DNA of 64,000 bases, taken from assembly GCA_963665845.2 (NCBI GenBank), contig OY762492.1, forward strand, positions 96,001-160,000, read 5' to 3'. The stretch comes from Candidatus Poribacteria bacterium (lineage in GTDB: Bacteria; Poribacteria; WGA-4E; GCA-2687025). Shown one piece after another: positions 55,601-64,000 of the stretch. Position numbers and translations under genes: made by a program. The notes under the pieces are model-generated. The model did not search any database and was not told the origin of the DNA. It saw only the letters and a program-made list of their open reading frames with translations. Each line of letters starts with the position of its first letter. Within the stretch, counting starts at the first letter, position 1.

Positions 55601-58345
55601 TTCAGGACCGAGGTCGATAATATGGTCAGCCGTCTTCACCACCTCCATATTATGCTCAATGACGACGACCGCGTTGCCCCGATCCACGAACGCATGCAGC
55701 GCCTCCAGCAGTTTGCGCACATCCTCAAAATGAAGCCCTGTCGTCGGCTCGTCCAAGATATACAGCGTATGTCCGGTTGAGGCGCGGCTCAGCTCCTTGG
55801 CGAGCTTGACGCGCTGCGCCTCGCCGCCGGAGAGCGTCGGCGCCGGCTGACCTAACTTGATATAGTCCAGCCCAACATCCAGCAGCCCTTGCAGCTTCCG
55901 CGCGATCTTCGGCAGACCGCCAAAATGCGCCATCGCTTCGTTCACATCCATATTCAAAATGTCGGCGATATGCTTGCCTTTGAAATCGATGCTCAGCGTT
56001 TCGTCGTTGAAACGGGAGCCGTTGCACACCTCGCATTTGATCCAGACATCCGCCATCAGCTGCATCTCGATCTTTTTATACCCGTACCCTTGGCACGCTT
56101 CGCACCGCCCGCCTTTGACGTTGAAGCTGAACCTGCCAGGTTTGTATCCGCGCACCTGCGATTCAGGCAGCTGGGCGTATAAGGCGCGAATCGCGTCCCA
56201 CACTTTGACATAGGTTGCGGGGTTGGAGCGCGGCGTCCTGCCGATGGGCGACTGGTTGATGCAGATCATTTTGTCGACATCGTCCATCCCTTCGACATCG
56301 TCATGGTCGCCTGGGCGCTCGTCGGCGCGCATGAGATCGCGCGACAGACGCTTCGCCAGAATATCGTTCACCAGCGACGACTTGCCCGACCCGCTGACGC
56401 CCGTGACGCATGTGAACGCGCCGAGAGGAATTGCCGCATCGATATTTTTCAGATTGTTATGCCGCGCGCCTTTGACCTTGAGCCAGCTGCCGTTCGGCGT
56501 CCGCCGCGTTTCAGGAACCGGTATCTCCTTTTTCCCTGAAAGATATTGACCCGTGATGGAATCGGGGCTTTGCATGAGGCGCGAAGGCGAACCCGCCGCC
56601 ACCAGCTCTCCGCCCTGAACGCCTGCTCCAGGACCGAAATCGACCAGATAATCCGACTCCAGCATCGTCTCTTCGTCATGCTCAACGATGATGATCGTGT
56701 TGCCGATGTCGCGCAGCTGCTTGAGCGTATTGAGAAGTTTGAGATTGTCGCGCGCATGGAGGCCGATGCTCGGCTCGTCCAGCACATACAGCGCGCCGAC
56801 CAGACCCGCCCCAATCTGGCTCGCCAGTCGTATTCGCTGCGATTCGCCGCCCGACAGCGTCGGCGCCGTTCGGTTCAGCGCCAGATAATGCAGCCCGACA
56901 TTTTTTAAAAACCAGAGACGCGCGCGGATCTCCTTCAACACCTGCTCGCCAATCTGCAGCTGCCGCGGCGTCAGCTCTAGGTTGTCAAAAAACGCCTGCG
57001 CCTCGCCGACCGGCATCGCGGCAATGTCAAAAATCGTTTTTCCGTTGATAAGCGCCGCGGACGCTTCCCGCCGAAGCCGCCGCCCGTCGCATTCCGCGCA
57101 TGTCTGTACCTCCATGAACTTCATGAGCCATTTGCGGACATTTTCGGAATGCGTGTTGTTGAACCGCCGGTTCACGTTGTTGAGCAGCCCTTCAAAACGC
57201 CATCTCCGCTGTCTCGCCTCGCCGTTGCGGTAGACGGTGACAGGAAGCCGCCTTCTTCCAATTCCGTTTAAAACGGCGTTCTGGGCGCGCTTCGAGAGCG
57301 TCTCCCATGGCTCGTCCAGCGAAAAGCCGATATACTCCGCCAGCCCCTCCGCCGTCGGGTGATGATCCTTCAATTCGCCCCAAGGCGCGACCGCCCCTTC
57401 GCGTATCGACAACGAGGCGTCCTTGATCATTCGGTCCGCCGACGCCTGCGTCGCGCTTCCGATGCCGTTGCAGGTCGGGCATGCCCCCTTCGGGCTGTTG
57501 AAGGAGAACATCTGCGGCGACGGCTCCTCATAGCTGACGCCGCACTCGGCGCAGGCGTAAAGCTGGCTGAACATGATCTCTTCGCCGTCAACGATGTCGG
57601 CGATCATGATTCCGCCCGCCAGCTGAAGCGCGCTCTCCACCGAGTCGGAAAGCCGCTCCCGTATATCCTCTTTGACGACGATGCGGTCGATGACGATTTC
57701 GATGTTGTGGCGCAGGTTCTTGTCCAGCTGAACGGCGTTCGTCAGTTCGTAAATTTCCCCGTCGATGCGGGCGCGGGCGTAACCGGCGCGGAGGGCGTCC
57801 TCCAGCTCCTCTTTGTGTTCGCCTTTTCTCCCCTGCGCGACGGGCGCGAGTATCTGCAGCCGCGTACCTGTTTCCAGGTTGAGCAGCTTGTTGACGATCT
57901 CCTCTCGGCTCTGCGCGCCGACCTCGCCGCCGCATTCCAGGCATGTCATGGAGCCGACGCGCGCATACAACAGCCGAAGGTAGTCGTAGATCTCGGTGAT
58001 CGTGGCGACCGTGGAGCGCGGGTTGTAGCCAGTCGATTTCTGATCAATGGAGATGGTCGGCGACAAGCCGCCGATGAAGTCAACCGCCGGCTTTTCCATC
58101 TGACCTAGAAACTGCCGGGCGTAGGCGGAGAGCGATTCAATATACCGGCGGCGCCCTTCGGCGTAAAGCGTGTCGAAGGCGAGCGAGGATTTGCCGGATC
58201 CGCTCACGCCGGTGAAACAGATCAGCTGGTTTTTGGGAAGGTCAAGGTCAATGTTGCGCAGATTGTGTTCGCGGGCGCCCCGCACGGTGATCAGTTCGAG
58301 TTGACTATTTTTTGGGCGTTCGTTCGATTGCATGCCGTGTTCCAC
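52613..58345 (-). CDS. uvrA: Excinuclease ABC subunit A, double-length (two tandem UvrA modules)
   Basis: Two copies each of GAx[34 protein letters not shown], [14 protein letters not shown], zinc fingers and DEPTTGLH; 1910 aa. Confidence 0.95.
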   Translation of the reverse strand: MEHGMQSNERPKNSQLELITVRGAREHNLRNIDLDLPKNQLICFTGVSGSGKSSLAFDTLYAEGRRRYIESLSAYARQFLGQMEKPAVDFIGGLSPTISIDQKSTGYNPRSTVATITEIYDYLRLLYARVGSMTCLECGGEVGAQSREEIVNKLLNLETGTRLQILAPVAQGRKGEHKEELEDALRAGYARARIDGEIYELTNAVQLDKNLRHNIEIVIDRIVVKEDIRERLSDSVESALQLAGGIMIADIVDGEEIMFSQLYACAECGVSYEEPSPQMFSFNSPKGACPTCNGIGSATQASADRMIKDASLSIREGAVAPWGELKDHHPTAEGLAEYIGFSLDEPWETLSKRAQNAVLNGIGRRRLPVTVYRNGEARQRRWRFEGLLNNVNRRFNNTHSENVRKWLMKFMEVQTCAECDGRRLRREASAALINGKTIFDIAAMPVGEAQAFFDNLELTPRQLQIGEQVLKEIRARLWFLKNVGLHYLALNRTAPTLSGGESQRIRLASQIGAGLVGALYVLDEPSIGLHARDNLKLLNTLKQLRDIGNTIIIVEHDEETMLESDYLVDFGPGAGVQGGELVAAGSPSRLMQSPDSITGQYLSGKKEIPVPETRRTPNGSWLKVKGARHNNLKNIDAAIPLGAFTCVTGVSGSGKSSLVNDILAKRLSRDLMRADERPGDHDDVEGMDDVDKMICINQSPIGRTPRSNPATYVKVWDAIRALYAQLPESQVRGYKPGRFSFNVKGGRCEACQGYGYKKIEMQLMADVWIKCEVCNGSRFNDETLSIDFKGKHIADILNMDVNEAMAHFGGLPKIARKLQGLLDVGLDYIKLGQPAPTLSGGEAQRVKLAKELSRASTGHTLYILDEPTTGLHFEDVRKLLEALHAFVDRGNAVVVIEHNMEVVKTADHIIDLGPEGGEEGGYLLAAGTPEEIASAENLTETGRFLKAALQKRSSVKEAEKEEAAPSERPEPLREIKVRGAAEHNLKNIDVDIPMRQMVAFTGVSGSGKTSLALDTIYAEGQRRYVESLSAYARQFLGRVDKPHVESIEGLSPAIAIDQKAPSKSPRSTVGTVTEIYDYLRVLFARAGTAHCTECGSPVGTQTSQQIVDNIMTLPAESRLNILAPIQLARGEEYSEVFQRAAKDGFIRAWVNGETVDIVENMELDRRIRHDAGIVIDRLILRESEKSRLAEAVETALEQGKGVMRIEGSCRVLNEEGVEETRRLSETYSEHFACAPCGLSFEPLTPQHFSFNSPLGRCDRCEGIGRVTGADAKAVVANPRKSLRGGAVLAWGPVLPGNPLAGFIASLCREYGFSLSTSFEKIPLEAQEILLYGSDKLYEMDGGKVQFRGAVGTVDWLHVRGARTREVRPFVREVVCPSCKGSRLNPFALGAQIGGLNMTEVTELTTEAALRFFRDLRLEGQKAQIAQELLSETINRLQFLVDVGLEYLTLNRPAPGLSGGEAQRIRLASQLGSGLTGVLYVLDEPTIGLHPRDNERLLKALARLRDLGNTVIVVEHDDATIRSADRVFDFGPRAGRHGGEIVAEGGADDLTQNPTSLTGLYLSGKEAIPRRNGQRQPPRGYIRITGAKLNNLKNIDAAFPLGALTCVTGVSGSGKSSLVQETLYPALARRLGGVQSRDPGPFHQLLGVERLDKVINIDQKPIGETPRSNPATYTDVFTDIRKIFAEMPEAQARGYDARRFSSNLPIGQCESCHGHGHNRIEMQFLPDVWIECETCAGTGYNRETLDVQYRGKNIAEILQMTVNDALAHFDSIPQIRRRLQTLKDVGLDYVQLGQPAPTLSGGEAQRVKLAKELARRSTQGTAYLMDEPTTGLHYDDVRKLLNVIHRLVDQGSAVIVIEHHLSVIAAADHVIDLGPEGGESGGYIVAQGSPEEIAAAESSYTGKFLREALGL

Positions 58346-58530
58346 ACGCCTTAGAGGGTGAGACGATTCCTGTTTGCCATATTATATCGTATCATGGGGC
58401 GTCAGACGGCTGCGTCAAGCAATATGTGAACGCAAATCGGGCGCGCCATCCCCGTGATGGATACGTTTATGCGGGCGCGTCCGTTTCATGAAACGCGGAC
58501 CGAACGCCCATACGGCCCTATTCGCGGCGC

Positions 58531-58626
58531 CGCGTCCGATTCCCCCTTGAAAAGGGGCTAGGGGGGTTTAAAGGACGGGCGCCGCGACTGCGATGCCTTA
58601 AGATTCCCGCTTACGCGGGAATGACG
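58531..58626. repeat. Composite hairpin + dRS3-like repeat
   Basis: Near-identical to 43378-43474. Confidence 0.85.
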
Positions 58627-58678
58627 ACCAGCGGCGCAGCGCTTTAGAGTCAAAAATGAAAATCCCCGCATGGGCGAA

Positions 58679-59350
58679 CTATCCTCTCGTCCACCGCTTC
58701 ACCTGCCAGCCCTCCCGCCGCGCCAAAGAGAGCAGCCCCCGCGACGGATTCACCGCTGTCGGATTGCCGACCAGACGCAGCAGCTCCGCGTCCGCCATGC
58801 TGTCGCCGTAGGCGTAACTTGCCGACAAATCGATCTCCCGTTCCGCCGCGAACGCGCGCGCCGCGTCCGCCTTCGCTTCCCCGCTCAACGGCGGAGTCGT
58901 CAGCTCGCCTGTAAAAAGCCCCTCCGACGCCTCCAGCTGAACCGCCATCACCCCAGACGCGCCCAGCAGACGTCCCAGCGGCGCGGCGATCATCTCCGCA
59001 GTCCCCGTCACCAGAGCCGTCTCATGCCCCTGCGACGCATGACGCTCAAACGTCTCTTTCGCTTTAGGAAACATTTTCGGCAGCGCATACGACTCCGCCG
59101 TCTCCTCCATCAGACGAAAAAGCCGCTCCGCCTCCATCCCTTTGTAAAAGCGGTAAAACATGCGGTTGAACGCCGCGCGGCTAAAAGCGTCAACGGCTAA
59201 GAGGACGGGGATCCAGGGAGCGAAGCGAATCTTCCACCAAGCGCGCTGACGCCGAGACATCCCCGCCGTCGAAAGATGCGCATAAAAATGTACGATGGTC
59301 GAGTCGAGAAGCGTTCCGTCAATGTCAAAAAATGCGGCAGGCTTGCTCAT
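58679..59350 (-). CDS. HAD-IB family phosphatase
   Basis: FFDIDGTL, LVTG, K, AYGDS.AD..LL..VG.P.AVNP; ATGA overlap with the upstream gene. Confidence 0.9.
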   Translation of the reverse strand: MSKPAAFFDIDGTLLDSTIVHFYAHLSTAGMSRRQRAWWKIRFAPWIPVLLAVDAFSRAAFNRMFYRFYKGMEAERLFRLMEETAESYALPKMFPKAKETFERHASQGHETALVTGTAEMIAAPLGRLLGASGVMAVQLEASEGLFTGELTTPPLSGEAKADAARAFAAEREIDLSASYAYGDSMADAELLRLVGNPTAVNPSRGLLSLARREGWQVKRWTRG

Positions 59351-61908
59351 ACGCCTCCAAGCTCTCTCACCGCCCGCTCCACTCGGTCTGCGATCTCTCG
59401 ATAGAGACGAAAATTCGGCTCGGAATCGGCGCGCTCCTGATAGGGCGACATCAAAATCGGCTCCCCAAAACGGGTCTGAACCGGCGCCGGTATCGGAAAG
59501 GCGCGCCCTACCGGCATCGCCTGCCGCGTCCCCGAAATATACGCCGGCACAATCGCGGCGCCCAGCTCCAGCGCCAAAAGCCCCAGACCAGGTTTGAACG
59601 GCTGAAGGCTCCCGTCCCGCGACCGCGTGCCTTCAGGAAAAATCAGCAGCGACCGACCGCGGTTCAGAGCCTCCCGCGACAGCTGCAAACTGCGCAAAAA
59701 GTTGCCGCGCCGATCAAACGGAAGAACGTTCAAAAGCGTGTTGACCGCCCATCCTTTAGCGTATGAATCAAAAAAGTAATCCTTCGCCCCAAGCACATGA
59801 AAACGCGACGCCGACCGCCCCAAAGCCGAAAGCAACGCGGGGCTGTCCAAATGACTGGAATGGTTCGCCGCGACGATACAGGGCGATTCGGTCAGCAGCC
59901 GATCCGCCCCTTCCGTTTTCAAACGAAACGCCGTCTTGAAAACCAGGCGAGTCGTCCAACGAAAACTGCGCCCAACAACCTTCTGAAGCGGCGAATAGTC
60001 CAAATACTGCATCTCCGCTTCAAGCGACGCCGATTCGTCAGACTGAAGCGCATCGCCCTGCGGAATCCGCTTCTCAACATACGGCTCCAAAAAATCGACC
60101 GCGTCCTGAACCGTCTGAAAACGAAGCGCAATCTGTTCTGGAATCGAGACGTTGAAACGCTTCTCCACCGCCGCCAGCATCTCCACCTTCATGAGCGAAT
60201 CGAGCTGCAGATCCTTGTCAAGGTCGTCGCTCAACTGCACCGATCCGGCGTCCGCGCCCGATATGAGCGCCATCTCATTCGCCAGCTCCCGCTTCCAGCC
60301 CTCCTCTATCGGCTCGCCCGCTTCGGCGCGGGGCGCCTCAACCGTCTGCTTCCCCCCGCCTTCCAGAATCCACTCCCGCACGGCGTCCCGCCGCAGACGC
60401 ATGGCGCTCGTCTTCGGCAGCTCCTCAACCCGAAAATGAGTCCTCTGAAGACGCTGATAAGACGGAATCGCCGCCCCCCGCTCCTGTATCGCCGCCTGTA
60501 GTTCCGCCATCTTCTCCATGTCGTTCAGAACGACCGACGCGACCGTGAAGACGCCGTGGACCTCCTCCCGCTGCTGCCGGCTCTTGACGCCGATGACGCA
60601 CATCTCGCGCACATACGGCAGGTTTTTGTAAATCAGCTCCACCTCGTCCGGGTACACATTTTTGCCGGCGCTGGTGACGATCATGTCCTTGAGGCGCCCC
60701 GTCAGGTAAAGGTACCGATCCTCGTCCAGACGCCCTAGATCGCCTGTTCGGAGCCATCCGCCGCGCAGCTTCTCCTCGCTTGCTGTCGCGTTGTTTAAGT
60801 ACCCTTGCATCACATTCGGACCGCGCGCGATCACCTCGCCGATTTCGTCGTCCCCCGGCGCGTCGATCTGAATCTCCACCTCCGGCACGGCGACGCCGAC
60901 GCTCGCTTTTTTCGTCTTACGGTACGGATTCACCGTCAACACGGGCGACGCCTCCGTCAACCCGTAACCCTCATGAATCGGCATGTCCGCGCTCAAAAAC
61001 AGATCGTACGCGTCATGATCAAGAGCCGAACCGCCGCACACCAGAACGCGGACGCTGTCGCCAAACAGCTTTCGCAATTCGCTTTCCGGCGATTCGTTCG
61101 ACTCGGCGGCGCGTCGGCGCGCCATGTCCGCGCACATCTGAAACAGCCGCGGGATGCCGAGCATGACGGTCGCGCCCACTTCGTTCAACATCGCCAGTAT
61201 CTTGCGCGGGTTGAACGTGCCGGCATAGGTTACCGACGCGCCCGCGGTGATCGGTCCCAAAAGCCCGTTCGTGAACTCAAAACCGGCGTTCAACGGCAAG
61301 GTGGATAAAAACTCGTCTGTCGGAAACGGATGCAGGAGGCGCGAGACGCTCCCGACATTCGCCAGCAGATTTGAATGCGACAGCATGGCGGCGCGCGGTT
61401 CAATCGTCGTCCCGGCGATGAAGATGATTGATGCGACGGCGTCCGGCTCTCCGCGGTCGATTTCCTCCCCAGGCGCGTCCGGCAGCGCGTTGAATGTCCA
61501 TACAGGCTCTTCGCCGTCCGCCTCGTCCAAACCTTTTTTGAGATGCGGCGCGAGGCTGTCTGACGCGATGAAACACCGCGCCTCCGCAAAATCGCGTATC
61601 GCCAGCGCCTCGTCCATGCGCGTTTGCGGATCCAGCGGAATGACGCTCATGCCGGCGGCGGCGCACCCGAAATAGGCGACCGCCCATTCGGGGCAACTTT
61701 CCCCCAACAGAATCGCCCGACTCCCCCTGTCGAATCCCCGCTCCGCCAGATGCCGCGCGAATCCCTGCGACCTGCGAGCCGCCTCCCCGTAGGAAAGCTC
61801 ATCCCACACATTCTGCCGCTTCATACGAAAAGCGGTTTTGTCGTCAAACTGCTCCGCCGTCTGAAGCAGCAGCCGCGTCAACGTTATTTCGGAGAAATCT
61901 AAGTCCAT
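59347..61908 (-). CDS. AMP-binding (acyl-CoA synthetase-like) + ACP + acyltransferase multidomain protein
   Basis: EGYGLTE, RTGDLG, GRLKD, KNVYPDEVE; ACP LQLDSLMKVE; NHSSHLD and FPEGTRS; GGAGG RBS. Confidence 0.9.
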   Translation of the reverse strand: MDLDFSEITLTRLLLQTAEQFDDKTAFRMKRQNVWDELSYGEAARRSQGFARHLAERGFDRGSRAILLGESCPEWAVAYFGCAAAGMSVIPLDPQTRMDEALAIRDFAEARCFIASDSLAPHLKKGLDEADGEEPVWTFNALPDAPGEEIDRGEPDAVASIIFIAGTTIEPRAAMLSHSNLLANVGSVSRLLHPFPTDEFLSTLPLNAGFEFTNGLLGPITAGASVTYAGTFNPRKILAMLNEVGATVMLGIPRLFQMCADMARRRAAESNESPESELRKLFGDSVRVLVCGGSALDHDAYDLFLSADMPIHEGYGLTEASPVLTVNPYRKTKKASVGVAVPEVEIQIDAPGDDEIGEVIARGPNVMQGYLNNATASEEKLRGGWLRTGDLGRLDEDRYLYLTGRLKDMIVTSAGKNVYPDEVELIYKNLPYVREMCVIGVKSRQQREEVHGVFTVASVVLNDMEKMAELQAAIQERGAAIPSYQRLQRTHFRVEELPKTSAMRLRRDAVREWILEGGGKQTVEAPRAEAGEPIEEGWKRELANEMALISGADAGSVQLSDDLDKDLQLDSLMKVEMLAAVEKRFNVSIPEQIALRFQTVQDAVDFLEPYVEKRIPQGDALQSDESASLEAEMQYLDYSPLQKVVGRSFRWTTRLVFKTAFRLKTEGADRLLTESPCIVAANHSSHLDSPALLSALGRSASRFHVLGAKDYFFDSYAKGWAVNTLLNVLPFDRRGNFLRSLQLSREALNRGRSLLIFPEGTRSRDGSLQPFKPGLGLLALELGAAIVPAYISGTRQAMPVGRAFPIPAPVQTRFGEPILMSPYQERADSEPNFRLYREIADRVERAVRELGGV

Positions 61909-63443
61909 GATTCGGAACCCTCCGACATAGGACGATCCACATGCTCAGCGTCATCCGAGATTTTCAATACGTTGCGTTTCAGCCCCGGTATATGCGCCTC
62001 CATCAGATAAGCGCGCCAGTCGATCTTCGAGACGTCAAAACCCCACCGCTGCCGCTCCTCGTCGGTTTGACGCTCCATCATCGCGCGCGTTTTGGATGTG
62101 TCGAACAGATACCGATTCTGAATATACGGTCCGTAAATCTCCGTGTAGTACAGCAGGCGTTCCCCCGCGTTGCGAAGAAGACTCAGGCGCTGCCGACGGC
62201 GCCGCATCCGTTTTGACGGAACCGCGGACAGCAGCTTGTCCACAATGCCGAGCAGTTTCAGTTTACGCCGCAACTGCGCCTGATACGCCTCTATCGGCGG
62301 AAAAGTGAACTCTGGAACCGCCACAGGCGACCCAGACTTGTCGGTCATCGGCCACTGGAGAAAATAGTCGCGCGTGTATTGGTACAGGTTACGGTATGAT
62401 AGCGGGTTTTCGGCGCCGCTGGCGACATGGTAATGCCGCATCCCGCCCTTTTCCGCCGTCTCAACAACCGCGGTGAGCGTCGCGTTGACAACATAATCGA
62501 CCGGTATCAGATCTGCAGTGACCTCTGGGTTGAGCGGAAAATCGGGCAGGCGCCCCTTTCCAAACGCCGCGATGATCGGATCCGCCATCCGAAACCCGTC
62601 GATCCAGCCAGGGTCAGGTTCCCGCAGGCTGCTTTCGATGATCGACGGACGCACAATCAGAACGGGCAGATCGCCGCGCGACAGCTCCGTTACCCGCTCG
62701 CCGAGAGCTTTTGTGTAGGCGTAAGTGTCGCTCCATCCGCGTTCGCGCGCCCTGTCCATGCCGGCTTTGACAAGCGCGGTTCGCCGTTCCTTCTCGTCGG
62801 CGTATTCCCCCTCTTCGCATGCCCGTTTGAGCGTTTCGATCTCTTTGTCGACATCATGCGGCAGAACAGGACCGGTCCATCCGTCGGGCTTGTCTTTCTC
62901 GGTCGGCAGGGCGGCTTCTGGGGCGGCGTTCGGGTTTCCGGCGTTCACATAGGCGGTGGAGATATGCGCCAGAACGGCGCCGCCGCACTCTTGAGCAAAC
63001 TGAACGATGCGCCTCGGCGCCTCCGCGTTCATCTCCAAAGCCTCGTCCAACGGCGAATCGAAGACGACGACCGCCGCGCTGTTGACGACGATCTGAACCT
63101 CCGCGGCGAGAGCGTCGTACACCTCGTCTGACATGCCGAGTTTCGGCAGGCCGATGTCGCCGTTGACCGCCTTCACCTTCTCCCGTACGCGCGCGTCAAA
63201 GTCGGCGCCCCATTCTTCGCGCAGCCTGTCGAAGACCCCTATCGGCAGCATCTCCTGTTCAAACCGCTCCTGAGCAGTCATGGTACGTCCGCGCGCGTCG
63301 GTCTTTTCGCGTATGAGAACATAGACGCGGCGTATATCGGGCGCGGCGCGCAGCAGTTTTTCTACCAGCGGTTTTCCCAAAAAGCCGGTGGCTCCTACAA
63401 TGAGAGCGGTTTTTCCGGCGTAGAAACCTTGAACACGATCCAT
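61899..63443 (-). CDS. Fatty acyl-CoA reductase (NAD_binding_4 + Sterile domain)
   Basis: GATGFLGK..VEKLLR, HISTAYV, YAYTKALGE, IVRPSIIES, PGWIDG, DLIPVDYVVN, FDVSKIDW. Confidence 0.92.
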   Translation of the reverse strand: MDRVQGFYAGKTALIVGATGFLGKPLVEKLLRAAPDIRRVYVLIREKTDARGRTMTAQERFEQEMLPIGVFDRLREEWGADFDARVREKVKAVNGDIGLPKLGMSDEVYDALAAEVQIVVNSAAVVVFDSPLDEALEMNAEAPRRIVQFAQECGGAVLAHISTAYVNAGNPNAAPEAALPTEKDKPDGWTGPVLPHDVDKEIETLKRACEEGEYADEKERRTALVKAGMDRARERGWSDTYAYTKALGERVTELSRGDLPVLIVRPSIIESSLREPDPGWIDGFRMADPIIAAFGKGRLPDFPLNPEVTADLIPVDYVVNATLTAVVETAEKGGMRHYHVASGAENPLSYRNLYQYTRDYFLQWPMTDKSGSPVAVPEFTFPPIEAYQAQLRRKLKLLGIVDKLLSAVPSKRMRRRRQRLSLLRNAGERLLYYTEIYGPYIQNRYLFDTSKTRAMMERQTDEERQRWGFDVSKIDWRAYLMEAHIPGLKRNVLKISDDAEHVDRPMSEGSESWT

Positions 63444-63525
63444 TGGACGACGCCTTTCTTTGCTGCGCCTGTTTCTCGCATGGAATCATATCATGCCATG
63501 CTTCGTTTCTAAGCGCAAGCAATGC

Positions 63526-63735
63526 GCGCCGCCGGTCGTCATTCCCGTGAAAACGGGAATCTTAGGCGTCGCAGACGCCGTCCATATCGCGTCTCCGATC
63601 AACATCATCGTATGAGCGTACTGCCATGCCGCGCCGCCGGCCGTCATTCCCGTGAAAACGGGAATCTTAGGCGTCGGAGACGCCGTCCATATCGCGTCTC
63701 CGATCAACATCATCGTATGAGCGTACTACCGCGCC
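63526..63735. repeat. Two tandem 105-bp copies, each with ATTCCCGTGAAAACGGGAAT
   Basis: Period 105 (palindromes at 63541 and 63646); only a few mismatches. Confidence 0.9.
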
Positions 63736-63740
63736 GCCCG

Positions 63741-63769
63741 TTGACCTCCCTCCAAAAGTCGTCTATGAT
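63741..63769 (+). promoter_or_regulatory. Putative sigma70 promoter
   Basis: TTGACC-N17-TATGAT. Confidence 0.55.
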
Positions 63770-63807
63770 CATCGCATGATCAGCATTGAGAAAAGGAGCG
63801 GCTTCGA

Positions 63808-64000
63808 ATGAATGTCCTCATCACCGGCGGCTTCGGATGCATCGGCAGCTACGCCGCCCGCGATCTGTTGAACGCCGGCGATCATGTCGTCATTTACGAT
63901 ATGGCAGACGATCGGTCCATACCGCGCATGGCGATGCCGATTGAACAGGCGGAGGCGCTTGTTTTTGAGCCAGGGGACATAACCGACCTGCCGGCGCTTC
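63808..64000 (+). CDS. NAD-dependent epimerase/dehydratase, N-terminus (3' truncated by window)
   Basis: AAGGAG RBS; MNVLITGGFGCIGSYAARDLLNAGDHVVIYD. Confidence 0.85.
   Translation, partial: MNVLITGGFGCIGSYAARDLLNAGDHVVIYDMADDRSIPRMAMPIEQAEALVFEPGDITDLPAL

Noticed and set aside
61899-61908. Frameshifted single ElbD gene
   Set aside because: The downstream ORF has its own GGAGG RBS and ATG within a 10-nt overlap, typical of coupled genes
63526-63735. Possible CRISPR array (palindromic repeat with spacers)
   Set aside because: Only two units, the intervening sequences are essentially identical, and no cas genes are present; it is a tandem duplication

Overview
GC-rich (~60% by eye) bacterial chromosome window, most likely Candidatus Poribacteria or a related sponge-symbiont lineage. 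This is inferred from secreted WD40 proteins ending in the 'LLPNYPNPFNPETWIPF' domain, a LamG protein with a 'VDPQGKAAVSWGLLK' tail, and the Gfo/Idh/MocA, PhyH and DUF1080 genes. Housekeeping genes: tgt, crcB, a plsC-like acyltransferase and a double-length uvrA. Three defence-like clusters are present: (1) an EcoRV-like R-M pair followed by an Hsp70-TPR plus degenerate SF1 helicase pair (17.4-23.0 kb); (2) MTase-REase fusion, low-GC SIR2, Fic and AAA-DUF4143 genes next to a duplicated gene 3' end (27.0-32.9 kb); (3) an orphan m4C MTase, and an M.EcoRI-like MTase with a DUF262-HNH nuclease (48.5-52.4 kb). Other notable items are an intact 947-aa P-type ATPase with nearly all catalytic motifs altered, a split ElbD-like ether-lipid operon (FAR / adenylation-ACP-acyltransferase / HAD), and a MITE family with TIRs and 6-7 bp target duplications carrying dRS3-like palindromes. 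No rRNA, tRNA or CRISPR array was seen. All calls come from manual motif reading; no database searches were run.
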